The translations under genes were made by a program, and so were the position numbers. 64,000 nt of DNA. It comes from an uncultured Acidimicrobiales bacterium. Lineage in GTDB: Bacteria > Actinomycetota > Acidimicrobiia > Acidimicrobiales > SZUA-35. Positions within the stretch are counted from its first letter, which is position 1. Every line of letters begins with the position of its first letter. Below the pieces are notes generated by a model. That model did no database searches, had not been told where the DNA came from, and saw nothing but the letters and a program-made list of their open reading frames with translations. Positions 48,442 through 57,701 of this stretch are shown here, one piece after another. The DNA lies in the NCBI GenBank assembly GCA_937976305.1, contig CALJSB010000041.1, positions 16,150 to 80,149 of the forward strand. Direction: 5' to 3'.

Positions 48442-48491
48442 CCTGACCAGACCTGATCTGACCAGACCTGATCGGAACAGACCCGGCCAGA
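48437..48491. repeat. Degenerate pentanucleotide array (consensus CCWGA x11)
   Basis: cctga cctga ccaga cctga tctga ccaga cctga tcgga acaga cccgg ccaga, beginning at the adhesin stop codon. Confidence 0.85.
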
Positions 48492-48514
48492 TCGTCTCGA
48501 ACTACGATCTGGCC
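48485..48514. terminator. Perfect 11-bp hairpin directly before the ybaK start
   Basis: GGCCAGATCGT-N8-ACGATCTGGCC, followed immediately by GTG. Confidence 0.6.
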
Positions 48515-48997
48515 GTGTCTGATTCAGTAGTTGAACAACTCGATGCGCTTGGTTTGACCTACGAGGTAGTCCCGTGCGATCCCGACCTTGCTGACACGGC
48601 GGCCTTCTGTGAGGCCTACGGGTATGCGGCTGAAGACTCGGCCAATGCCATCGTGGTTGCGAGCAAGACCGATTCACCAGAGTTCGTGATGTGTCTCGTG
48701 TTGGCCAACTGTCGCCTCGATGTGAACAAGGCAGTACGCAAGAGGATGGGGGTTCGCAAGGCCTCCTTTGCATCTGCGGACCAAACCATGGACCTGACGG
48801 GCATGCAGATTGGTGGCGTCACGCCGTTTGGTACCGCAACAGATCTTCGCTTGTGGATCGACGCTGCGGTGATGGAGCGAGAGCAGCTCATCATCGGTGG
48901 CGGATCACGCGATCGGAAGCTCTTGGTGCCGCCGGCGACGCTCGCCGGTCATCCAGGTGCTGAAGTGGTTGATGGCCTAGCCAACCCGATCGGCTAG
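48515..48997 (+). CDS. YbaK/EbsC family aminoacyl-tRNA deacylase
   Basis: ADTAAFCEAYG, NAIVVASK, TGMQIGGVTPFG, IIGGGSR..KL. Confidence 0.9.
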   Translation: MSDSVVEQLDALGLTYEVVPCDPDLADTAAFCEAYGYAAEDSANAIVVASKTDSPEFVMCLVLANCRLDVNKAVRKRMGVRKASFASADQTMDLTGMQIGGVTPFGTATDLRLWIDAAVMEREQLIIGGGSRDRKLLVPPATLAGHPGAEVVDGLANPIG

Positions 48998-50376
48998 TTG
49001 GCTTCCTTGGCGGAGGCCGACGTGTCCTGCGTCGGTGCCTGGCTCTGTAGACCACCGACAGGTCGTTCGTCCCGAAAGCGCAACACGAGCAGTATTGGGC
49101 TGATGGCCATGATGGCGGTCATCGTCCACCAGCCGATTCGGAACTCATCGAGTCGCTCGCCGACCACAGCGTTCCCGATGATCGCGGTCGTGATAGCGAC
49201 GCCAAACGTCGAGCAGGCCATGCGAGCCATGTTGTAGGCCGCATTCGCCGAGCCGAGTTGGGCCCCCGGGATGCTGCGGAGTGCCGCTGCGTTTGCCGGG
49301 CCGAGCATGAATGCCATGCCAAAGCCGATGGCGCACGTACCGGGGAAGAAGGCCGTGAAGTACGTCTCATCTGGTCGAAGTCGCCACGCCATCCATGCGG
49401 TGCCGATCGTGGCCATGGTCGCCCCCATGATCAGCAGCTCGCGGTAGCCGTAGCGATCTACAAGCCTTCCGGCGAGTGGGGCAAACAACACAAGGGCCGC
49501 TGGTCCGGGCGTCATCGCCAGCCCGATCTGGAGGTTGGAGTAGCCCCACACATCGCTCATGAAGAGGGGGTACAGGAACCACGTTGCGGAAGTGGAGGTC
49601 GACAGGATGGCGCTTGCCAAGGTGACGACGCGGAAGCTCGGGATTTTCAGCAGCTCGAGGTCGAAGAGCGGTTCGCTGTGGCTGAGCGACGAACGAACGA
49701 ACGCCGCACCGCTGACCACCGCAGCGATGCCAATAGCGAGGATGCGAGGGTCGGTGAAGCCCCACGCTCGGCCCTGCACGATCACGAACGTGATGCCCCC
49801 GACAGCGAGGGTTCCGGTGGCGGCGCCGAGAAGGTCAAGTGGCTGAGGGTCCTCGACCACTTGGCCAGGGCTGATCACTTTGCGGGCGCCGATGATCGCC
49901 AGCAGGGCGACCGGGATCGCTGCGAGAAAGACGATGCGCCAACTCGAAACCTCGAGCAACACCGCAGCGACGGTCGGCGCTGAGGCGGCGCCCAGAACAC
50001 CCATCGACGACCACAGCGACACCACCGAACCGTGGCGCTCTGGCGGAAACTCGGGCAGCACGGCGGCGAGTGACGCCGGAATCATCATGGCAACGCCGAT
50101 CGCCTGCACGATGCGAGCAGCGATGATCAAGTCAACGGTTGGCGCGATGCCAGAGAGCGCCGCTCCGAAGGCGAACACGCCGAGCCCGGCAATGAAGACA
50201 CGGCGCCGACCGATTCGGTCAGCGACACGGCCGCCAAGGAGCATGAAGGTCACCTGCGCCACGTTGAAGGCCGAGATCACCCACGAGATCTTTGTCAGGC
50301 CGGCACCAGGAAACTCCTCTTCGAGTACCGGGACGGCGATGTTCGTAGCAGTGCCCACAAATGCAGCGAGGAGCAT
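48994..50376 (-). CDS. MFS transporter, DHA2/EmrB-like
   Basis: About 14 TM. WVISAFNV...GGRVADRIGRRR, ARIVQAIG, PLDLLG, EPLFDL. Confidence 0.92.
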   Translation of the reverse strand: MLLAAFVGTATNIAVPVLEEEFPGAGLTKISWVISAFNVAQVTFMLLGGRVADRIGRRRVFIAGLGVFAFGAALSGIAPTVDLIIAARIVQAIGVAMMIPASLAAVLPEFPPERHGSVVSLWSSMGVLGAASAPTVAAVLLEVSSWRIVFLAAIPVALLAIIGARKVISPGQVVEDPQPLDLLGAATGTLAVGGITFVIVQGRAWGFTDPRILAIGIAAVVSGAAFVRSSLSHSEPLFDLELLKIPSFRVVTLASAILSTSTSATWFLYPLFMSDVWGYSNLQIGLAMTPGPAALVLFAPLAGRLVDRYGYRELLIMGATMATIGTAWMAWRLRPDETYFTAFFPGTCAIGFGMAFMLGPANAAALRSIPGAQLGSANAAYNMARMACSTFGVAITTAIIGNAVVGERLDEFRIGWWTMTAIMAISPILLVLRFRDERPVGGLQSQAPTQDTSASAKEAN

Positions 50377-50584
50377 CGCTGCGGCTGCGACGCCAAGCGC
50401 CTGATTCGGTCGAGAGAAGATCGGCGCAAGTTAGCAGCGCGGGTGGCAAACGATCCCTTTCGCACCGGCGCTGCAAGGGCGGCGTGACGATCGGCACCGC
50501 CGTTGTGTCTGCGGCCTGACGGAACAGTCGTCGCAGAAGCGGCACGATCTCTTCAGAAGCCACGAGTCAGACGGAGGTCTCGAC

Positions 50585-51235
50585 GTGACGGCGACGATTG
50601 TGCTCAACCTCACGTACCTGGTCCTCGTGAGTTCGACCTTTACTCGAACGGCGATCTGGCTTCGGCTGTTCGTGTGCGTCGGGTCGGTCGGATTCATCAC
50701 GTTCGGGGTGATGACCGATGTCCCATCGATGGTGATCTGGAACGCACTCATCGGTTCCATGCACATCGTGGCGGTCGCACGGATCTTGCGACGTCGCCGA
50801 GAGACGACCGCCGGGCCCCAAGCTGATTGGATTCGGCGGGTGGTGTTTGCGGATCTCGAACCGGCGCTCTTCAACCTGCTGTGGACCGCGAGCTGGGCTG
50901 CCGAGTACGACGACCACACCCTGACGGTGCAAGGAACGGCCCATGACCGGTTGGCGATTGTGCTTTCCGGTGTCGTTGACGTGCGAATCGACGGCGTTCT
51001 GATCAACCGATTGGGACCGGGTGCCATGATTGGCGAGATGAGCATGATGTCTGGCTCGGTGGCCACCGCTGACACCAGGGCAGCCGGACCGGTCGTCCTT
51101 CGTGAGTGGAACCGGGCCGAGCTCCTGGCACTCGGCGACGCCGAAGCAGCGATCGGGCGATCGGTGGAACAAGCCGCCTTGCGATCAATCATCTACAAGA
51201 CACAGGTTGGCGTATCGCCAGCCGCGGCCGGATAG
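50585..51235 (+). CDS. Membrane protein with Popeye-like TM region and cyclic-nucleotide-binding domain
   Basis: Three short TMs (IWLRL...VIWNAL), then LAIVLSGVVDVRIDG...GAMIGEMSMMSG...ATAD (cNMP phosphate-binding cassette). Confidence 0.8.
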   Translation: MTATIVLNLTYLVLVSSTFTRTAIWLRLFVCVGSVGFITFGVMTDVPSMVIWNALIGSMHIVAVARILRRRRETTAGPQADWIRRVVFADLEPALFNLLWTASWAAEYDDHTLTVQGTAHDRLAIVLSGVVDVRIDGVLINRLGPGAMIGEMSMMSGSVATADTRAAGPVVLREWNRAELLALGDAEAAIGRSVEQAALRSIIYKTQVGVSPAAAG

Positions 51236-51264
51236 GTGACCCTGGCTGGCGTTGCTGTGCTGGG

Positions 51265-52284
51265 TCAGGCAACTGCGTTTTTGGCGGCGACCATGTCGAG
51301 TGCGACGTCGACGATCATGTCTTCCTGGCCACCGACCATGCGCCGCTCGCCAAGCTCGATCAGAATGTCTCGGGTGTCGAGCCCATACATCTCGGCCGCT
51401 TTCTCTGCGTGGCGTAGGAAGCTCGAGTACACACCTGCGTAGCCGAGGCTCAGGGTCTCTCGATCGACTTGAACAGGGCGGTCCTGCAACGGCCGCACGA
51501 GCTCCTCGGCCGCGTCCATGAGTTTGAACACATCGCAGCCGTGCTCCCAGCCCTCGAGGTTTGCGACCGCGATGAACGGCTCGAGTGGGGCGTTGCCAGC
51601 GCCGGCTCCCATGCCGGCGAGGCTGGCGTCAACCCGGTAGCAACCCTCTTCGACGGCAACGACTGAGTTGGCGACGCCAAAGGTGAGGTTGTCGTGGGCG
51701 TGGATGCCGATCTGCGTCTTCGGGTCGAGCACCTCTCGGTATGCCCGCATGCGGGCCCGCACGTCGCCCATGGTGAGACGGCCGCCTGAGTCGGTGATGT
51801 AGACGCACTCAGCTCCGGAGTCCTCCATGATCTTGGCTTGTTGAGCCAGCGGCTCGGGCTCGTTCATGTGGCTCATCATGAGAAATCCGGCGACGTCCAT
51901 GCCGAGGTCGCGGGCTTTGCCGATGTGTTGGAAGGCAATGTCGGCTTCGGTGCAGTGGGTGGCGACGCGGACGGAGGTGACGCCGAGGTCGAATGCTCGT
52001 TGCAGATCGTCGATGGTGCCGATGCCGGGGAGCAGCAGCGTGGCGAGCTTGGCGTTTGTGAGCACACCGGCGACTTCTTCGAGCCACTCCCAGTCGGTGT
52101 GGGCGCCAAAGCCGTAGTTGAAGCTCGATCCAGACAAGCCATCGCCGTGAGCAACCTCGATGGCATCGACCCCGGCCTCGTCGAGCGCCTTTGCTATCTC
52201 GCGCACCGAGTCGATGGAGTACTGATGACGGATGGCATGCATGCCGTCTCGAAGGGTGACGTCTTGTACGTAGATCTTCGTCAT
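51265..52284 (-). CDS. dmpG: 4-hydroxy-2-oxovalerate aldolase
   Basis: [62 protein letters not shown]. Confidence 0.98.
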   Translation of the reverse strand: MTKIYVQDVTLRDGMHAIRHQYSIDSVREIAKALDEAGVDAIEVAHGDGLSGSSFNYGFGAHTDWEWLEEVAGVLTNAKLATLLLPGIGTIDDLQRAFDLGVTSVRVATHCTEADIAFQHIGKARDLGMDVAGFLMMSHMNEPEPLAQQAKIMEDSGAECVYITDSGGRLTMGDVRARMRAYREVLDPKTQIGIHAHDNLTFGVANSVVAVEEGCYRVDASLAGMGAGAGNAPLEPFIAVANLEGWEHGCDVFKLMDAAEELVRPLQDRPVQVDRETLSLGYAGVYSSFLRHAEKAAEMYGLDTRDILIELGERRMVGGQEDMIVDVALDMVAAKNAVA

Positions 52285-53228
52285 GACGTTGCCCCGGCAG
52301 ATCCGGCATTGATGCGGCTGTCGAGAGCCTCGGCCGTCTTGAGCGCCGCGGAGGTCATGATGTCGAGGTTGCCGGCGTAGGCGGGTAGGTAGTGGGCGGC
52401 TCCCTCCACTTCGAGGAAGATCGACACCTTCCAACCGGTGAACTTCCGGTCGAGATCGGGGATACGAACGGGTGATCCACTGTCGAGCCGTTCGAACTGC
52501 ACCGACTGCTTCAGCCGATAACCGGGAACGTACGACTGGACGGTCTCAACCATCGACACAACCGACGCTTCGATGGCCTCGGGCTCTCCCGACTCGACCA
52601 GGCAGAACACGGTGTTGCGCATGATGAGCGGGGGTTCAGCAGGGTTCAACACGATGATGGCCTTGCCCATCTGAGCGCCGCCGACCTGTTCGATCGCCGC
52701 CGAGGTGGTTTCAGTGAACTCGTCGATGTTGGCCCGGGTGCCTGGCCCGGCCGACCGCGAGGAGATCGACGACACGATTTCGCCGTAGACCACCGGCGCC
52801 ACCTTGTGCACCGCAGCAACCATCGGCACGGTGGCCTGTCCGCCACAGGTGACCATGTTGAGGTTCGGTTCATCGAGATGCTCGTCGAGGTTGACGGGCG
52901 GGATCACGTAGGGGCCAACGGCGGCTGGTGTGAGGTCGAGAATTCGCTTGCCGTCGCGGCGCAGAACCTCGTCGTGTTTTGCGTGAGCGCCAGCAGACGT
53001 TGCATCAAAGACCAGATCGATGTCGTCGTACACGTCGAGCTTGGTGAGGCCCTCGATGCCCTCAGACGTTGTGGCAACGCCCATGTCGCGAGCCTTGGCC
53101 AGGCCGTCGGAGTCGGGATCGATACCGACCATCGCCACGAGATCGACGATCTCCGACGTTCGCTTCGACTTGATCAACAGGTCGGTTCCAATGTTGCCCG
53201 AACCGATCACGGCAGCCTTGATGGTCAC
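52281..53228 (-). CDS. dmpF: Acetaldehyde dehydrogenase (acylating)
   Basis: [51 protein letters not shown] overlap with dmpG. Confidence 0.98.
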   Translation of the reverse strand: MTIKAAVIGSGNIGTDLLIKSKRTSEIVDLVAMVGIDPDSDGLAKARDMGVATTSEGIEGLTKLDVYDDIDLVFDATSAGAHAKHDEVLRRDGKRILDLTPAAVGPYVIPPVNLDEHLDEPNLNMVTCGGQATVPMVAAVHKVAPVVYGEIVSSISSRSAGPGTRANIDEFTETTSAAIEQVGGAQMGKAIIVLNPAEPPLIMRNTVFCLVESGEPEAIEASVVSMVETVQSYVPGYRLKQSVQFERLDSGSPVRIPDLDRKFTGWKVSIFLEVEGAAHYLPAYAGNLDIMTSAALKTAEALDSRINAGSAGATS

Positions 53229-53308
53229 AGCTCACACAGTAGATCCGGCGCCCAAGGCTGGGGCAAGTGCGTTCCGGCCGGCGGGACGGCGACTGGTAGG
53301 TTCTCGCC

Positions 53309-54589
53309 GTGTCTGAGCCTCGGCCACCGCTTCCGAACTACATGCGAGCCTTGCTGGCGTCGCGGTTGTTCGATGCGGGGGCTGCCGTTGGCCTCGTGAC
53401 GATTGTCGGCAAGCAAGCGTTCGACATGACGCAGAACGAGTTGACGCTCGGGTTGCTTGGTCTCGCTGAGTTCTTCCCGACGCTGATCCTCGCCCCGTTT
53501 GCGGGCTCAGTAGCCGACCGTTTCGACCGGCGGCTTGTCGCCGGTGTGACCACCGGCGGGTTCGCGCTCATCTGCCTTGCCCTGTACTTCTACGTGCAGG
53601 GCGATCCGACCTCGGTCGGGCCGATCTACGCACTGATGGCCACATTCGGCACGATTCGTGCCTTTCAGCGGCCCGCAGTGCGAGCCCTCCCTATTGATCT
53701 CGCCCCGGAGGCGGTCGTCGAGCGGGTGGTTGCGCTGAGCTCAGCAAGTTGGCAGGCCGGCATCATTGTCGGGCCGGTGATTGCGGGCTTTGTCTTCACC
53801 GTCGCGATCGAGCTGCCCTACCTGGTGCTTGCCGGCATGTTTGCCATCTCGATCGCTGCGCTGTTCAACACCCCACCCACGGGTGTCACGAAGTTGAGCA
53901 GCCGGCCGGGCGGACGCCAAGCCATCAGCGACGCGTTCGAGGGTCTGCGCTTCATCCGCCAGGCACCGGTGGTCGGAGGCGCAATCGTGCTCGATCTGTT
54001 TGCCGTCCTGCTCGGCGGGGCCGTTGCCCTGCTCCCAGCGATCGCCGAAGAACGCCTCGGCGTTGGCGCCGTGGGGTTGGGCTGGTTGCGGGCCGCGGTT
54101 GGTATCGGGGCGTCGTCTGTGACGCTGATGTTGGCCGTCCGCCCAGTGGCCCGGCGGGTAGGAACGATCTTGCTCGCGTCCATCGGCATCTTTGGCGTCG
54201 CCACAATCGTGCTCGGGCTCACCACCAATTTCGTTGTTGCCATGCTGGCCCTCGGAATCATCGGTGGGTCGGATTCTGTCAGTGTGTTCATTCGGGCGAC
54301 CCTGGTGCCACTGGCCACGCCCGAGCACATGCGGGGCCGGGTACTGGCGCTCGAGAGTGTGTTCATTGGTGCGAGCAACGAGCTCGGAGCGTTCGAGTCG
54401 GGAGTGACGGCGGCAGCCTTCGGGTTGGTTCCTGCCGTCATCTTCGGAGGTACCGGCACGCTTGTTGTCGTGGCGGGCTTCTGGTTCTTGTTCCCGGTGA
54501 TGCGTCGGATCGACCGCTTCGCTGATGCCCGGGTGGCCCCGGTCAGCGGGTCGGCGGAAGCCGCAGATAGGGCCACGGACTCGGAATGA
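53309..54589 (+). CDS. MFS transporter (EntS/DHA3-like)
   Basis: GSVADRFDRR motif A, LDLFAVLLGGAVALLP, MRGRV...FIGASNELGAFESG. Confidence 0.92.
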   Translation: MSEPRPPLPNYMRALLASRLFDAGAAVGLVTIVGKQAFDMTQNELTLGLLGLAEFFPTLILAPFAGSVADRFDRRLVAGVTTGGFALICLALYFYVQGDPTSVGPIYALMATFGTIRAFQRPAVRALPIDLAPEAVVERVVALSSASWQAGIIVGPVIAGFVFTVAIELPYLVLAGMFAISIAALFNTPPTGVTKLSSRPGGRQAISDAFEGLRFIRQAPVVGGAIVLDLFAVLLGGAVALLPAIAEERLGVGAVGLGWLRAAVGIGASSVTLMLAVRPVARRVGTILLASIGIFGVATIVLGLTTNFVVAMLALGIIGGSDSVSVFIRATLVPLATPEHMRGRVLALESVFIGASNELGAFESGVTAAAFGLVPAVIFGGTGTLVVVAGFWFLFPVMRRIDRFADARVAPVSGSAEAADRATDSE

Positions 54590-56147
54590 GATCGGGCATC
54601 GACGCCACGACCAACGACGGGCCGCGGTGGGCAAATGCTGTCTCGAGGGCAGACCGCAGCTGTGTGACGTCATCGACTCGCTGGCTCTGCACGCCGAAGC
54701 TCTCACCAAAGGCGACGAAGTCCGGATTCTGAAGGTCAGAGGCAATGGTGCGGTCTGGACCGTAGCGCTCGACCTGGAATCGCTTGACGTTGCCGTATGA
54801 GCCGTTGTCATGCAGCAGGATGGTGACGCCGATGTTGTACTGCACCGCCGTGGCCAGCTCGGCTGCGGTGAAGAGGAAACCACCGTCGCCAACGAGGTTC
54901 AACACGGTTCGATCAGGCGCGGCGGCTTGGGCTCCAATGGCGTGGGCCACACCGGCGCCGAGCGTTCCGGCCGCACTCGTGGTGAGAAAGGTGCGGGGAT
55001 GGCGAAAGTCGAACGCGAGGTGCGACGCGAACCCCATTTGGGTCACGTCTTCAACGATGACCCCATCGTCTGGCAGCACATCGCGTATGGCGCTGAGGGT
55101 CGACAGCTGGGGCTCGAGGTGCGCAACCTTGGCTGCAAACGCCTCACGGCGCTCGGCGAGTTCGTCGTGGCGGTTGGGTCGCGCCGGGTTCAGCGGGGCC
55201 AATGCGTCGATCAGCGCCCGGGTGCCGGTGGAGGCGTCCGCATGAATGCCGATGGTGCCGATGCCTCGGCGATCAAGCTCGTCCTCGTCGACGTTGATCT
55301 GGATGAGGTTCAGACCCTCGGTGCCCCAGTCGAGTGGGAACTCCAGGCGGCTCCCGATGCCAACGACGGCATCACACTCGGCCCAGAGTTCGTGGCCGAC
55401 CGTGATCGGAATCCACAACGGGTGTTGGCTGGGCAGCACGCCGTGGCCTTGGCGTCTGGTGAAGGTTGGTGCCTGCAGCATTTCGGCGAGTTCGCGGACC
55501 TCTGCCGACGCCTCGTGGGCACCTCCACCAACGATCACAAGCGGCCGTTCGGCCGAAGCCAACAGTTCGGCTGCGGCAGCAATCTGGTCATCCGCCGGTG
55601 TCGGAAAGGTCGCCGTCGGAGGAACGAGGACACCGTCGACTTCTTGTTTCCACGCCGTGACTGGAATCTCGACGCTGACCGGGCGCGGAATACCAGACAC
55701 CACCGAGTCGACGGCCTGTTGGAGCGACGCAACAGCTGACTCACCCGTTGGGATGTAGTGCGACTCCTTGGTGATCTGTTCGAGCACCGCGGTTTGATCT
55801 GGCAGCTCGTGGAGAACGCCGATGCCCTGGCCTTTGACATGGTCGGGGATGGCGCCGATGAGCGCCAGCACTCGGCCGCCGGCCCAGTAGGCGCTGGTCA
55901 GCGCGGCGCCGGCGTTGAGCATTCCGGGGCCGGGCACCACGCAAAAGGCGGCAGGGGCGTTGGTGATCTGCGATGCCCCAAGGGCCATGTAGGCGGCACC
56001 TTGTTCGTGTCGGGTGACGATCGGGGTGATGTCTCGGGCGTCGACGAGCCGGTCGAAGAAGTCGTCGTTCTGCACGCCAGGGAGGCAGAAGAGTTGGCGG
56101 ATGCCGAGGGCTCTGAGGGCCTCGATGGTGAGATCGGCGACGGTCAT
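54543..56147 (-). CDS. Thiamine-diphosphate-dependent enzyme (ALS-large-subunit-like fold, substrate unknown)
   Basis: FCLPG, RHEQGAAYMA catalytic Glu, and GDGGFLF...NGSYG ThDP/Mg motif. Confidence 0.93.
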   Translation of the reverse strand: MTVADLTIEALRALGIRQLFCLPGVQNDDFFDRLVDARDITPIVTRHEQGAAYMALGASQITNAPAAFCVVPGPGMLNAGAALTSAYWAGGRVLALIGAIPDHVKGQGIGVLHELPDQTAVLEQITKESHYIPTGESAVASLQQAVDSVVSGIPRPVSVEIPVTAWKQEVDGVLVPPTATFPTPADDQIAAAAELLASAERPLVIVGGGAHEASAEVRELAEMLQAPTFTRRQGHGVLPSQHPLWIPITVGHELWAECDAVVGIGSRLEFPLDWGTEGLNLIQINVDEDELDRRGIGTIGIHADASTGTRALIDALAPLNPARPNRHDELAERREAFAAKVAHLEPQLSTLSAIRDVLPDDGVIVEDVTQMGFASHLAFDFRHPRTFLTTSAAGTLGAGVAHAIGAQAAAPDRTVLNLVGDGGFLFTAAELATAVQYNIGVTILLHDNGSYGNVKRFQVERYGPDRTIASDLQNPDFVAFGESFGVQSQRVDDVTQLRSALETAFAHRGPSLVVASMPDLIPSPWPYLRLPPTR

Positions 56148-57613
56148 GCTTCGTACCCCGGCGCTGGTTGGAAGCCGCCGATCTCTGTCTCCATCATCGC
56201 AGCGAAGGCAATGCTCTCTCGATCACGCAGATGGCCGGCAACGATCTGTAACCCGCACGGCAGGCCATCGGCGGTGAGCCCGGCGGGGGCAACGGTGCCG
56301 GGCAGGTACACGCCGCACGACCACCCGGCCCAGAACAGCTGATCGGTGGTCGGCTCTTCGTTGCCGTTGACGGTGATGGTTCGCTCGGGGCGCGTCTTGG
56401 CGTGGTCATGGGGGTAAGCGGTCGACGCTGCCGTCGGGCACAGCAGCACGTCGTATTCCTCGAAGAAGCGGTGCCAGGCGAGGCGGGATGCCTCTCGCTC
56501 GGCGTTCCAGCTGGACCACTCCCAGTACGACATCGTGATGGCTTTCGAAGCGACTGCTTGGTAGTCGCGGTCGCCGTTGTCGAAGCGCTCGGAATCGGGG
56601 TGTTGGGCGGCGAAGACCTCCGGGGTTGCTTCGCTGCCCGTCGTCGAGCGCAGCAACATCAAGTAGGTCTCGTGGCTTCGCTCGATGTCGATCTCGGGTC
56701 GAGCCTCAAAGTCGAGTTGCACTCCGAGCTCACCGAGTTTGTCGACCGTTGCGGCGAGCTGGTCGATCAAAGCACTGTCGGTTTGCAGCACCGGGCTCTC
56801 GAACATGACGGCAGCCTTGAGTGTGTCGGGTCGGGTCTTGCGAGGGGGCGGTAGTTCGAGGTTCCAGGCCACCGAATCGAGCACGCCAGGGCCGGCAACG
56901 ATGTCGAGACCGAGGGTGAGATCCTCTGCGTAGCGGGCCATTGGGCCTCCGACACCGATATCGAGCGGAACGATTGACCCTGGGTTGCCGTGGCCCTCGA
57001 CCGGCACCAGGCCATAGGTCGGCTTGTGGCCAAAGATGCCGCAGTAGTGGGCCGGGTTTCTGATCGAGGCGCCAATGTCACTCCCGAGTTCGAGAGCCGT
57101 CATGCCAGAAGCCAAGGCCGCAGCGGCGCCGCCCGAGGAGCCACCCGGTGTCAAACCACCCTCGACGTTGTCAGGGTTCCAGGTGTTCGACGTCGTTCCA
57201 TACACGGGGTTGAACGTCTGCCAGTCGGCCATCGACACTGGCAAGTTGGTCTTTCCGTAGATCACTGCACCCGCGTCGAGCAGCCGTTGAATCGGGATCG
57301 AGTTCTGCTCAGGGCGCCAGTCCTTGCGGCTTTCGTGGCCAGACGTCGACGGCGATCCGATCCAATCCCACGCCTCCTTGATCGTCATCGGAACACCGTG
57401 AAGCGGTCCCCATGATTCGCCGTTCGCCGTTGCGGTGTCGGCAGCGACAGCTCGTTCTCTGGCCAGGTCAAGCTGGGTGAAGATCACTGCGTTGAGCGTC
57501 GGATTGAATCGCTCGTATCGGGCGAGGGTCGCGTCGAGCAGTTCGACGGCAGAGATGTCGCCCGAGCGGATGGCGCCAGCTTGATCGGTTGCAGAGGCGA
57601 GGGTGATGTCCAT
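56144..57613 (-). CDS. Amidase-signature family hydrolase
   Basis: Start MDITLAS at 57613 (the upstream part of the 666-aa ORF is antisense to the lipoprotein gene). TIKE, PGGSSGG, GSDIGASIRNP. ATGA coupling to the ThDP gene. Confidence 0.93.
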   Translation of the reverse strand: MDITLASATDQAGAIRSGDISAVELLDATLARYERFNPTLNAVIFTQLDLARERAVAADTATANGESWGPLHGVPMTIKEAWDWIGSPSTSGHESRKDWRPEQNSIPIQRLLDAGAVIYGKTNLPVSMADWQTFNPVYGTTSNTWNPDNVEGGLTPGGSSGGAAAALASGMTALELGSDIGASIRNPAHYCGIFGHKPTYGLVPVEGHGNPGSIVPLDIGVGGPMARYAEDLTLGLDIVAGPGVLDSVAWNLELPPPRKTRPDTLKAAVMFESPVLQTDSALIDQLAATVDKLGELGVQLDFEARPEIDIERSHETYLMLLRSTTGSEATPEVFAAQHPDSERFDNGDRDYQAVASKAITMSYWEWSSWNAEREASRLAWHRFFEEYDVLLCPTAASTAYPHDHAKTRPERTITVNGNEEPTTDQLFWAGWSCGVYLPGTVAPAGLTADGLPCGLQIVAGHLRDRESIAFAAMMETEIGGFQPAPGYEA

Positions 57614-57701
57614 GGCTTGCCGACCGTAGTCGGTGGGCTGAGTGCGGCCCATGTGAACCGAACGCGGGTGCTTCAAGACCGCTCCGTTCTGCCGATGGAG
57701 C

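Noticed and set aside
50377-50430. Open frame extending 18 codons upstream of the MFS ATG, suggesting a non-canonical start or read-through from the 50431-51192 ORF
   Set aside because: The upstream ORF is antisense to the cNMP gene and motif-free. A short N-terminus from ATG 50376 is possible, so there is no real evidence of recoding.
53225-53416. 63-aa ORF coupled to the dmpF start as a leader peptide
   Set aside because: It overlaps the MFS gene antisense and has no recognisable features. GTGA overlaps arise easily by chance here.
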